The notes below the pieces were generated by a model. The model saw only the letters and a list, made by a program, of their open reading frames with translations. It ran no database searches and was not told where the DNA came from. 64,000 bases of DNA from Nitrospinia bacterium (GTDB lineage Bacteria; Nitrospinota; Nitrospinia; Nitrospinales; JAJDAT01). Position 1 is the stretch's first letter. Every line of letters begins with the position of its first letter. Shown here piece by piece: positions 48,960 through 57,074 of this stretch. The position numbers and the translations under genes are program-made. The stretch is from assembly GCA_029261715.1 (NCBI GenBank), contig JAJDAT010000035.1:351-64350 (forward strand). The letters run 5' to 3'.

Positions 48960-49817
48960 TTATCCCAATAATTGCAAAACAGACTGTGGTATTAAGTTTG
49001 CCTGTCCAACCATAGAAGTAGAGGCCGCAACTAGAATTTGGTTTCGCGTTAGCAAAGCGACTTCTTCAGCAATATCGGCGTCTCTAATCGATGATTCGGC
49101 GGCTTGTAAATTTTCGGTTGAAACCGAAAGGTTTGAAATCGCGCGAACTAAACGGTTTTGTACGGCGCCGACTTTTCCTCGGGCTTGGGTTACGGCGGTG
49201 ATAGCGGAGCTTATTGAATCCAAAGCGGTTAAAGCTCCAGCGGCTGATGTTACGCTTAACGACTCTACGCCAAGTCCGGATGTTGTTACCGCAGATAGAT
49301 CAATTTGTTGATTTAAATTAATTCGACTATCTGTGCTGGAATCCAATCCAATTTGAACCAAAATGTGATTTGTGGAAGTAACCGTTGACGCCAAAGATCC
49401 ATCGATTAATTTAGTTCCGTTGAACTCTGTTGTGTTGGCAATACGATCAATTTCGGTTCGTAGGGAATCGAACTCTAATTGAATGGTTTGCCGTTCTGTC
49501 GAGCCGACAGTACCTGTAGATGCTTGCGACGATAGTTCCCTTAAGCGAATAAGAATAGACGCTTGTTCGTTTAGCGCTCCTTCGGCGACATTAATTAAAG
49601 AAATTCCATCGTTACCATTTCGTACGGCTTGACGAAGAGCTCGAATGTCAGAACGTAATGATTCTGAAATTGCTAGTCCAGCGGCGTCGTCTGCGCCTCT
49701 ATTAATTCTAATACCAGAAGCTATTCTTTCAACCGATTGTGCTAACCGGTCGTTGTTGTTTCCCAAGATTCTTTGAGCGTTCAAAGATGGGATGTTGTTG
49801 AAGATTCGAACAGGCAT
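48960..49817 (-). CDS. fliC: Flagellin (285 aa)
   Basis: Canonical flagellin N- and C-termini. Confidence 0.95.
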   Translation of the reverse strand: MPVRIFNNIPSLNAQRILGNNNDRLAQSVERIASGIRINRGADDAAGLAISESLRSDIRALRQAVRNGNDGISLINVAEGALNEQASILIRLRELSSQASTGTVGSTERQTIQLEFDSLRTEIDRIANTTEFNGTKLIDGSLASTVTSTNHILVQIGLDSSTDSRINLNQQIDLSAVTTSGLGVESLSVTSAAGALTALDSISSAITAVTQARGKVGAVQNRLVRAISNLSVSTENLQAAESSIRDADIAEEVALLTRNQILVAASTSMVGQANLIPQSVLQLLG

Positions 49818-49851
49818 GACTTTTTCCTCCTCCTAAGGATGTTTTTGTTCG

Positions 49852-49872
49852 CGATGATTGTCCTTATCATCG
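49852..49872 (-). promoter_or_regulatory. Leader hairpin with AAGGACA loop (CsrA-type site candidate)
   Basis: 7-bp stem CGATGAT/ATCATCG with loop AAGGACA on the mRNA. The SD is AGGAGGAGG (49826-49834). Confidence 0.5.
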
Positions 49873-49987
49873 ATTTTTTAGCGCGCTTAAAAAAAACACT
49901 AATGGAATTTAATTTAAATTCCGTAAAGCCAGATAAGCGTTAATTATGACCGCCTTGCTACTTTGGACGGTGATGCGCTCAACAAGG

Positions 49988-50014
49988 TTATCGGAGGAAT
50001 AGTTGATAACTTTA
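49988..50014 (-). promoter_or_regulatory. Sigma-28 promoter, consensus: TAAAGTTA-N11-TCCGATAA
   Basis: Reverse complement of 49988-50014; 171 nt upstream of flagellin ATG 49817. Confidence 0.8.
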
Positions 50015-50192
50015 GTTTGGAAAGTTTTTTGAAAAGGAAGATGAGTCTAGTTTTTCTTCTGGGTTGGTTTTAGAAAGCCAATAAAAATTATTTGAGGTAG
50101 CTCTAAAGAGCTTTGTTTGAGGGAACTTCGAAGATTGGCTAAGAACTATTCTGAAAAATATTTAGAGTTAAAAAAACGGAAAATATTTTTAA

Positions 50193-50231
50193 TTTTTTTT
50201 TGGAGCGGGGGTGAACCCGCTCCAAAAAAAA
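50193..50231. repeat. 39-nt near-perfect palindrome T9-GGAGCGGG-ggtgaa-CCCGCTCC-A8
   Basis: Read directly from the sequence, immediately after the stop of flagellin 50239-51096. On both strands the T-tract precedes the stem and the A-tract follows it. Confidence 0.7.
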
Positions 50232-50238
50232 GTTCGAA

Positions 50239-51096
50239 TTAGCCCAATAATTGTAAAACCGACTGCGGAAGTAGGTTAGCTTGACCCGCAACTGCGGTAG
50301 AAGAAGCAACCAAGATTTGGTTTCGCGTCAAATTTGCCACTTCTTCAGCAATATCAGCATCCCGGATAGCAGATTCTGCGGCTTGTAAATTTTCCGTTGT
50401 GGTGGCTAAGTTGTTAATAGCTCTTACCAACCTGTTTTGTACCGCACCCACCTTACCCCGAGCCTGAGTAACTAAAGATATAGCCGAGTTTACAGAGTCT
50501 AATGCGGTCAAAGCTCCTGCCGCCGACGTAACGGAGAGAGATTCAATGCTTAAACTGGTTGAAGAAATTGCTTGTAGGCCAATTGTAGTGTTGAAATTGA
50601 TTCGACTGTTACTCGATGCATCCAATCCTATTTGAACAATAAGTTGAGAATCCGTTGTTACTGTCGAAGCAAGCGATCCATCTAAAAGCCGGGTTCCGTT
50701 AAACTCGGATGTGTTTGAGATTCTATCGATTTCGTTTCTTAGTGAATCGAATTCAATTTGAATCGTTTGTCTTTCCGTGGAACCAACCGTTCCGGTTGAA
50801 GCTTGAGACGCCAATTCTCTTAAACGAATAAGAATGGAAGATTGCTCGTTTAAGGAACCCTCTGTCGTATTTAAAAGAGAAATACCGTCATTCGCATTTC
50901 TACTAGCTTGTCGTAACGCTCGGACATCAGATCTTAATGATTCTGAAATAGCCAATCCAGCGGCATCATCCGCGGCCCGATTGATTCTAACCCCAGATGC
51001 GATTCTCTCGATGGACTGTGCTAGACGATCATTGTTGTTACCCAAAATTCTTTGCGCGTTTAATGAGGGGATGTTGTTATTAATTCGGACCGGCAT
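50239..51096 (-). CDS. fliC: Flagellin (285 aa)
   Basis: MPVRINNNIPSLNAQR... and ...QANLLPQSVLQLLG. Confidence 0.95.
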   Translation of the reverse strand: MPVRINNNIPSLNAQRILGNNNDRLAQSIERIASGVRINRAADDAAGLAISESLRSDVRALRQASRNANDGISLLNTTEGSLNEQSSILIRLRELASQASTGTVGSTERQTIQIEFDSLRNEIDRISNTSEFNGTRLLDGSLASTVTTDSQLIVQIGLDASSNSRINFNTTIGLQAISSTSLSIESLSVTSAAGALTALDSVNSAISLVTQARGKVGAVQNRLVRAINNLATTTENLQAAESAIRDADIAEEVANLTRNQILVASSTAVAGQANLLPQSVLQLLG

Positions 51097-51176
51097 GGTT
51101 TCCTCCGCCTAATAGTTAGATGGTTTAATTATTTAAAAAGACCAGGTTTTATTAAAAAAAAGCCTAATGGCTATTA

Positions 51177-51650
51177 TCAAATTTTCCGATAAAGCAGATA
51201 GGGGGTAAATACTCCAAAGTTTTGGAGAAATAAAATAAACCCTTCCACTTCGGTATTTCGGCAAAAAAACGTAAACTCTAAATAAGTTTTTCTGAAAAAA
51301 AGCGCTTTTTTATAACTAGAAGCGATTTTTTCTTTAATTTGTAAAAAAACGCTTGAGACTATTGTCATAAAAGCCGTTATGAACGATGAGGGATACTGTG
51401 CTTTATAGATCCAGCGAAACCCAAAAAGCTTCTCCTCAACGGGAATATCGGAAGAAATATCAAGTACTTTAAGATTAAATTTTTGAAGCGAGTTTTTGGT
51501 ATCTATTGAAATTAACTTTAAGAAATTAAACAAAAATTCCGTTAAGACCGATGCCCCAAGCTGTATTTTTCCTTTATAATTCAAAAAGCTAAAGGAAGCC
51601 TTATCGGGTTTTTCGGATAAAAAATTAAAATGTATTAGTTTAATTTTCAT
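51177..51650 (-). CDS. Unknown F/K/L-rich protein (157 aa) between a sigma-28 promoter and a flagellin gene
   Basis: A 157-codon open frame is improbable by chance in such AT-rich sequence. However, there is no convincing SD, the composition is skewed and no family is recognised. Confidence 0.4.
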   Translation of the reverse strand: MKIKLIHFNFLSEKPDKASFSFLNYKGKIQLGASVLTEFLFNFLKLISIDTKNSLQKFNLKVLDISSDIPVEEKLFGFRWIYKAQYPSSFITAFMTIVSSVFLQIKEKIASSYKKALFFRKTYLEFTFFCRNTEVEGFILFLQNFGVFTPYLLYRKI

Positions 51651-51777
51651 TTTTTAAATATTTCTTGGATTTTTGATTTAAAAGCTTCAAGGTACTTTAT
51701 TTATTTTCCGTTAAGTTCGATGAACCAAAGACCTTTCTTTCGTAAATTTTATTAAGCCGAAATATGTCCTATCCTGG

Positions 51778-51804
51778 TTATCGGAAAAAAAGTTAATAAC
51801 TTTA
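51778..51804 (-). promoter_or_regulatory. Sigma-28 promoter, consensus: TAAAGTTA-N11-TCCGATAA
   Basis: Reverse complement of 51778-51804; 128 nt upstream of the ORF 51177-51650 ATG and 682 nt upstream of flagellin ATG 51096. Confidence 0.65.
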
Positions 51805-52106
51805 GTTTCGAAGTTCTTTTTTTTCAAAATTTAAAAAAAACCTTTCTATAAAGGAACTCAGGTTTTTTTCCGATAAACTCGATGAGGTGTTATAGAATCT
51901 TTTTTCAAACATTAAAGTTCTATGAAGCCATATCTTATTTTTCGGGAAAAATCTTGAGGGCTTTAGAAAAAAATTCATCTTTAATGAATCCTAAAAATAA
52001 CTTTTTAAATTTCGCTTATATAAATAAGGTAAAATCCCGTAAAAAGAGATAAGCAGCCTATGGCCTTCCGAATGGAAAATGTTGGCTGCAATTAACCTTA
52101 ACTTTG

Positions 52107-52133
52107 TTATCGGGAAAAATAATTAGAACTTTA
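52107..52133 (-). promoter_or_regulatory. Orphan sigma-28-like motif: TAAAGTTC-N11-CCCGATAA
   Basis: Reverse complement of 52107-52133. No credible ORF lies within the next 300 nt on the minus strand. Confidence 0.5.
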
Positions 52134-52159
52134 GCCCGTTTGCAAAAAAGGCAATAAAA

Positions 52160-53077
52160 TTGAATAAAGCAAAGAAAATAAAAAAGGGAGACTTGATTGG
52201 AATTGTCTCTCCGGCGGGGCCTACGGATTCTGGTGAATTGCAGAATGGAATAAGCGTTCTGAAGAAAATGGGGTTCCGTAGTGTTTTAGGAAAGAATGCT
52301 TTATTACGAGATGGGTTTCTAGCGGGTTCGGATGAGGAAAGAGCCAGAGATTTCATGGATATGGTTAAAAACCCTGACGTAGCGGCTATTTTATGCGCGC
52401 GTGGAGGCTATGGGATTAATCGAATCCTTTCGTATTTAGATTTTGACCTAATTAAAAAGGTACGCAAACCTATTATTGGCTCAAGCGATATAACGATCCT
52501 ATTAAATTATATAAATAGTAGATGCTCTCTAATTTCTTTCCACGGTCCAATGGCAGCAGGAAGTTTTGGCCGAACGCCAATGACGAAATCGCGTAAACCC
52601 TTTTGCCAAGCGCTCATGGGAGATATGGATATGTATAGTTACTCGAAACGCAGCGCTTGGACTATAAATTCGGGGCAAGGGGAGGGGCGATTGGCGGGAG
52701 GATGCTTGACTCTCATGATTCGTTCTCTTGGCACACCCTTCGAGATTAAAACGCGAAACCGGATTTTAATTATTGAAGACGTTAACGAAAGACCTTACAA
52801 AATCGATGGAATGTTATGGCAATTAAAAGAAGCTGGGAAATTTAAGGGGATTCGTGGAATAGTTTTTGGAGAAATGATTAATTGTCAGCCAAACAAGAAT
52901 GAAACGTATACATTAAGGAAGACGATATCGGAATTCTTCAAAACTGACGATTTTCCTATCTTGATGAATTGTCCCGTTGGGCATGGAAAAGAAATGTGGA
53001 CTTTGCCGCTCGGGGTTCCGGCAATTTTGGATTCGGAAGCGAAAAGCTTAACAATAAAAGAAAATGGAGCGGTCTAA
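52160..53077 (+). CDS. ldcA: LD-carboxypeptidase (peptidase S66, LdcA-like)
   Basis: GIVSPAGP, the nucleophile region [27 protein letters not shown], and a C-terminal GHG. TTG start. Confidence 0.85.
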   Translation: MNKAKKIKKGDLIGIVSPAGPTDSGELQNGISVLKKMGFRSVLGKNALLRDGFLAGSDEERARDFMDMVKNPDVAAILCARGGYGINRILSYLDFDLIKKVRKPIIGSSDITILLNYINSRCSLISFHGPMAAGSFGRTPMTKSRKPFCQALMGDMDMYSYSKRSAWTINSGQGEGRLAGGCLTLMIRSLGTPFEIKTRNRILIIEDVNERPYKIDGMLWQLKEAGKFKGIRGIVFGEMINCQPNKNETYTLRKTISEFFKTDDFPILMNCPVGHGKEMWTLPLGVPAILDSEAKSLTIKENGAV

Positions 53078-53910
53078 ACCCTGATGGGGACTCCCTTTTT
53101 CGCTAAAAAATCTTTCGTTTCGGGAATGGTGTATTCTTTGAAATGAAAAATGGAAGCCGCAAGCACTGCGGAAGCTTTTCCCTCTGTCAAACCATCGTAG
53201 AGATGTTCTGGGCTACCGGCTCCACCGGAAGCGATTACGGGAATATTTAAAGAGTCGGAGATTGCTCGGTTTAATTCGTTATCGTATCCTTTTTTGGTGC
53301 CGTCACGGTCCATACTTGTGAGAAGTATCTCTCCAGCGCCATAAGATTCCATTAAGATAGCCCATGCAAGGACGTTGATTTTTGTTTGTTTCCTGCCGCC
53401 ATGTGTAAAAACACCCCACTGCAAAGCGGTTTTAGATTCATCCAAAATAAGATTTGGACGATCTTCCGCCCATTTTTGTAAATTTAAAGGAGATGAGTCG
53501 TTAGGTATCAATCTTTTGGCGTCAATTGCAACAACGATGCATTGGCTTCCAAATTTTTCTGCGGCACTTTTTACAAAGTCGGGATCATGAACTGCGGCTG
53601 TGTTAATTGAAACTTTGTCGGCGCCTGCGTTCAGTAAAGCCCTTATATCTTCAAGAGTTCGGACTCCTCCGCCTACGGTTAAAGGCATAAATACTTTTTC
53701 AGAAGTTCGAGCGACAACATCTAAAATAGTTTTTCTTCCTTCGTGGGATGCGGCAATATCCAAAAACGTAAGCTCGTCCGCTCCTTCCGCTTCATAAGCG
53801 GCGGCTATCTCAGCAGGATCGCCGGCGTCTCTCAAATCCACAAAATTAACGCCTTTTACTACGCGGCCTCCCTTTACGTCTAAACAGGGAATGATTCTTT
53901 TAGCTAGCAT
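53074..53910 (-). CDS. hisF: Imidazole glycerol phosphate synthase, cyclase subunit
   Basis: [20 protein letters not shown]..., GGGVRT, and ASGGAG. It carries an extra loop of about 25 aa after AIDAKR. Confidence 0.95.
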   Translation of the reverse strand: MLAKRIIPCLDVKGGRVVKGVNFVDLRDAGDPAEIAAAYEAEGADELTFLDIAASHEGRKTILDVVARTSEKVFMPLTVGGGVRTLEDIRALLNAGADKVSINTAAVHDPDFVKSAAEKFGSQCIVVAIDAKRLIPNDSSPLNLQKWAEDRPNLILDESKTALQWGVFTHGGRKQTKINVLAWAILMESYGAGEILLTSMDRDGTKKGYDNELNRAISDSLNIPVIASGGAGSPEHLYDGLTEGKASAVLAASIFHFKEYTIPETKDFLAKKGVPIRV

Positions 53911-54634
53911 TTTTTTCCACGAGTTCTAAGGCTTTTTTGAAATCGACTGTTTTATCGTACAATGATTTTCCCAAAATTATTCCATTTACCCCTAATGGTT
54001 TAAGGGCTAGTAGATTAGAGATATCTTCCAAACGAGAGACTCCTCCTGAGGCTATCACGGGAATTGACGTCGCTTCTGAAAACTCGCTAACGCTTTTAAT
54101 ATTAGGTCCTTCAAGCATCCCATCGCGGCTAATGTCGGTAAAAATAAAACCAGCCACTCCCATATCCTCAAACGATTTAGCAAAGTCTGTTGCCTTTTTG
54201 GACGAGACTTCTACCCATCCTTTTATAGCCACATTACCGTCTCTGGCGTCAATTCCCACAATGATTTTACCTGGATATTTTTTGGCTGCCGTTTCGACCA
54301 ATGTTGGATCTTTAAATGCGATAGTTCCCAAAACCACCCGAGCCGCTCCAAGGTCGATATAGGTATCAATACTTTCCATAGTACGAATACCTCCGCCAAC
54401 TTGGATATTAACTGAGCTGGAGTTGATGATATCTTTAACTAAATGTGAATTTGCGGGTTTTCCCGTAAATGCGCCGTCTAAATCCACTACGTGAATTATT
54501 TTGGCTCCTTGATCGTCCCAATGTTCTGCCATAGAGACAGGATCGTTTGAATAAATGGTTTCTTGGTCTGCCTTACCTTGCGAAAGCCGAACGCACTTCC
54601 CATTTTTTATATCGACAGCTGGAATTAACTGCAT
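53900..54634 (-). CDS. hisA: ProFAR isomerase
   Basis: [20 protein letters not shown]..., VGGGIRT, and ASGGVS. 11-nt overlap with hisF. Confidence 0.95.
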   Translation of the reverse strand: MQLIPAVDIKNGKCVRLSQGKADQETIYSNDPVSMAEHWDDQGAKIIHVVDLDGAFTGKPANSHLVKDIINSSSVNIQVGGGIRTMESIDTYIDLGAARVVLGTIAFKDPTLVETAAKKYPGKIIVGIDARDGNVAIKGWVEVSSKKATDFAKSFEDMGVAGFIFTDISRDGMLEGPNIKSVSEFSEATSIPVIASGGVSRLEDISNLLALKPLGVNGIILGKSLYDKTVDFKKALELVEKNAS

Positions 54635-54882
54635 TGTGTTTTATCCTTTTCATAGCAACATTTTATCAAGGATTTGGATTATAGGTTTTCCACGATTATC
54701 AGTCAAATTTCTCTTTAAAAAATCCAAATTGTCAGAGGTTTTTTAGATCGTATATTGGTTAAACCCGCCATTTTATATAGATGGATTAAATTTCTCCAAT
54801 CATTTATATTGTCTCCGAATTTGAAATACATAGTTTGTAGCTTAGAATTTTCGATTTCTAATCTTACCAAGGTTATTTTCTA

Positions 54883-56070
54883 TTGAATTCTAAAGTTTTA
54901 CCTATAAATAGATATTTGCCAATTCTAGATAACGCCATAAAGTTTAGTTTATTAGGAGTTGCGGCATTCTCTTTATTTTCTATCAGCTTAACTCAGATTT
55001 GCGTTGTTGTAGGGGCGTTATGCTGGATTATTAAGGTTTCGGCAACGCGTGGTTGGGGGAATGCTGAAAGCCCATTAGGCTATTCTTTTCTGTTTTTCTT
55101 TGGAGCTTGTGTTTTAGCTGTTCTTTTTTCCGGCGATATTATGCATGGATTGCCGGGATTAAAAAAAATGCTTTTAGCGGTCGTTTTTTTCTGGGCTGTT
55201 AATTGTATAGATATTAAAAATCAAAATTTAATATTAAAAGTTTTATTCACAAGTTCCCTAATTGCCGCGAGTTATGGTTTTTATCAAGCTATTTCGGCGG
55301 GAATTTCAGAAGGTTCTAGAGTCGATGGGACCATGAGCATCTATATGACCTTTGCCGGGGTTTTGATGCTGGTTCTCCTCATGGCTCTTTCCAGATTACT
55401 TTTTTATTCTACAAAAGACCCATTTGCTATTGCTGTTTTGGTTTCTTTGACAGCTTGTATATTTTTCACTTTAACGCGTCAAGCTTGGTTGGGCGTTTTA
55501 ATGGGAGCAATATTTCTAATATTTGTCAGAGAAAAGAAGCTTTTACTGGCGGTTCCCTTTATTGTCGCTATTGCTATAGCCTTATCCCCGGTGGCTGTTA
55601 AAGAGCGGGTTTATAGTATGGTTAATTTAAAGGATCGAACTCTTGGAATCCGGATGCAACTGTGGGCGGGTGGATGGGAAATTATTAAAGATAATCCCTT
55701 GATTGGTTGTGGGTTTAAATGCGTAGATAGAGAATTTTCAAAATATCCAGAGCATGCCGAGATTTTAAAAAGATATAAAGGATTACACAATAATTTTATA
55801 CAATTAGCGGTTGATGTAGGTGTTTTGGGGTTAGCCGCTTGGATGAGTATTTGGGTTTTATTTTTTTTAGAAATTTATCGTCGTAAACCTCCACCAGGAG
55901 ATGAAACAAGATGGATTTACTTTGGTTCGGCTGCTGCGGCTATTGGATTTTTATCGGGAGGTTTTTTTGAGGTTAATTTTTACGATTCAGAAGTGATTAT
56001 GCTTATGTATTTTTTAATGGCGATGCCCTTTGCAATTAAAAAATTGAATCCAAAAATAAGCCCGTCTTAA
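54883..56070 (+). CDS. O-antigen ligase family (Wzy_C) membrane protein
   Basis: Polytopic protein with a periplasmic-loop ...FTLTRQAWLG... motif typical of O-antigen ligase/polymerase. Confidence 0.75.
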   Translation: MNSKVLPINRYLPILDNAIKFSLLGVAAFSLFSISLTQICVVVGALCWIIKVSATRGWGNAESPLGYSFLFFFGACVLAVLFSGDIMHGLPGLKKMLLAVVFFWAVNCIDIKNQNLILKVLFTSSLIAASYGFYQAISAGISEGSRVDGTMSIYMTFAGVLMLVLLMALSRLLFYSTKDPFAIAVLVSLTACIFFTLTRQAWLGVLMGAIFLIFVREKKLLLAVPFIVAIAIALSPVAVKERVYSMVNLKDRTLGIRMQLWAGGWEIIKDNPLIGCGFKCVDREFSKYPEHAEILKRYKGLHNNFIQLAVDVGVLGLAAWMSIWVLFFLEIYRRKPPPGDETRWIYFGSAAAAIGFLSGGFFEVNFYDSEVIMLMYFLMAMPFAIKKLNPKISPS

Positions 56071-56386
56071 GTGCGATTTTCTAAATTAATCTCGAAAGGC
56101 CAATCATTCGTATTGGTTGGAAGCTTTATAAGCTTTAAAGGGGAAAATAAAGGCGCAAATTTTTTGTTAATATTGAGATCTTTTAGAAGCTTTTGATAGT
56201 TGATCGTTTTTTTTGAAGACTTTTGAGGTTTTCTCGGTTCCATAGAGGGTTCTCTTTAGGGAAATGTTTATCTAGTTTTGTTTTATTATCGGCCTTTAAA
56301 AAAATCTCTAAAGATAATTATTTGTTTTTAGGCTTGAGGGTTTTGGACAGGTGAAAACTCCCATAAAAAATTGAGGGAAATAGAAT

Positions 56387-56929
56387 ATGTCTAACTTAGA
56401 AATATTGAAAACTTCTATTGACGGGGTTTTATTGATTAAACCTGAGGTTTTTGGAGACTCTAGAGGTTTTTTTTTCGAAAGTTATACTAAGAAGAAATAC
56501 TCGCAAGACGGAATTGATATAGAATTTGTCCAGGATAATCACTCTAAATCCAGCAAAGGAGTTTTGCGGGGACTGCATTATCAGATTTCGAAACCTCAAG
56601 ATAAGTTAGTTAGGGTAGTGCAAGGCGAGGTATTCGATGTTGCTGTGGATATCAGAAAAGACTCTCCTACTTTTGGTCGTTGGGAAGGTTTTTTATTGAG
56701 TGGCGAAAATATGCAGCAGGTATTTGTGCCTAAAGGGCTTGCCCATGGTTTTTGCGTATTAAGCGAAACAGCGGAGTTTTTGTATAAATGTTCCGATTAT
56801 TATTACCCCGAAGACGAGGGAGGAATAATTTGGAACGATCCCGATTTGAAGATTGACTGGCCAATGACCGACCCTCTTTTATCAAATAAAGATAAAAACT
56901 ACCCCCGTTTTAGAGATATTTTTGGTTAG
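56387..56929 (+). CDS. rfbC: dTDP-4-dehydrorhamnose 3,5-epimerase
   Basis: FGDSRGFFFESY, RGLHYQ, and a cupin fold of the expected length (180 aa). Confidence 0.9.
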   Translation: MSNLEILKTSIDGVLLIKPEVFGDSRGFFFESYTKKKYSQDGIDIEFVQDNHSKSSKGVLRGLHYQISKPQDKLVRVVQGEVFDVAVDIRKDSPTFGRWEGFLLSGENMQQVFVPKGLAHGFCVLSETAEFLYKCSDYYYPEDEGGIIWNDPDLKIDWPMTDPLLSNKDKNYPRFRDIFG

Positions 56930-57074
56930 TTTCCCTCCTGTAATAACTGTTCCAAATTAAATACTTAAGTAACAAAAATGCTTTAAATAGTTATTTTCCG
57001 CTCATGTTTTTTGTTAGTAGGTCGATGAATATAGTAATAAGAGATTAAACAAAAAAACATTCGAGGAAAAAATC

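Noticed and set aside
45696-51112. Plus-strand ORFs antisense to the flagellin genes (45696-45938, 46116-46343, 46948-47211, 47491-47733, 50834-51112)
   Set aside because: The flagellin frames are unambiguous. The antisense products are S/A/P-rich mirror translations.
51185-51192. Plus-strand TCCGATAA that looks like a sigma-28 -10 element
   Set aside because: There is no TAAA-type -35 at the required 11-12 nt spacing, and it points away from any gene start.
51806-51978. 58-aa minus-strand ORF (MNFFLKPSRFFPKNK...) in the orphan-promoter tract
   Set aside because: It is short and F/K-rich, spans two promoter-like motifs and has no SD. It is plausible by chance in this AT-rich sequence.
52123-52356. 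77-aa minus-strand ORF overlapping the ldcA start
   Set aside because: It is antisense to a well-supported LD-carboxypeptidase frame.
53074-53910. About 25 aa of extra loop in HisF after AIDAKR ([31 protein letters not shown])
   Set aside because: This loop is length-variable among HisF orthologues and all catalytic landmarks are intact, so it is probably ordinary variation.
33868-54634. his genes split into hisB-hisH (33.9-35.1 kb, +) and hisA-hisF (53.1-54.6 kb, -)
   Set aside because: Dispersed his genes are common outside Enterobacteria, so this is not unusual in itself.
56067-56243. 58-aa minus-strand ORF (MEPRKPQKSSKKT...) between the O-antigen ligase gene and rfbC
   Set aside because: No SD, no recognisable family, and its 3' end overlaps the ligase stop. 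The support is insufficient.
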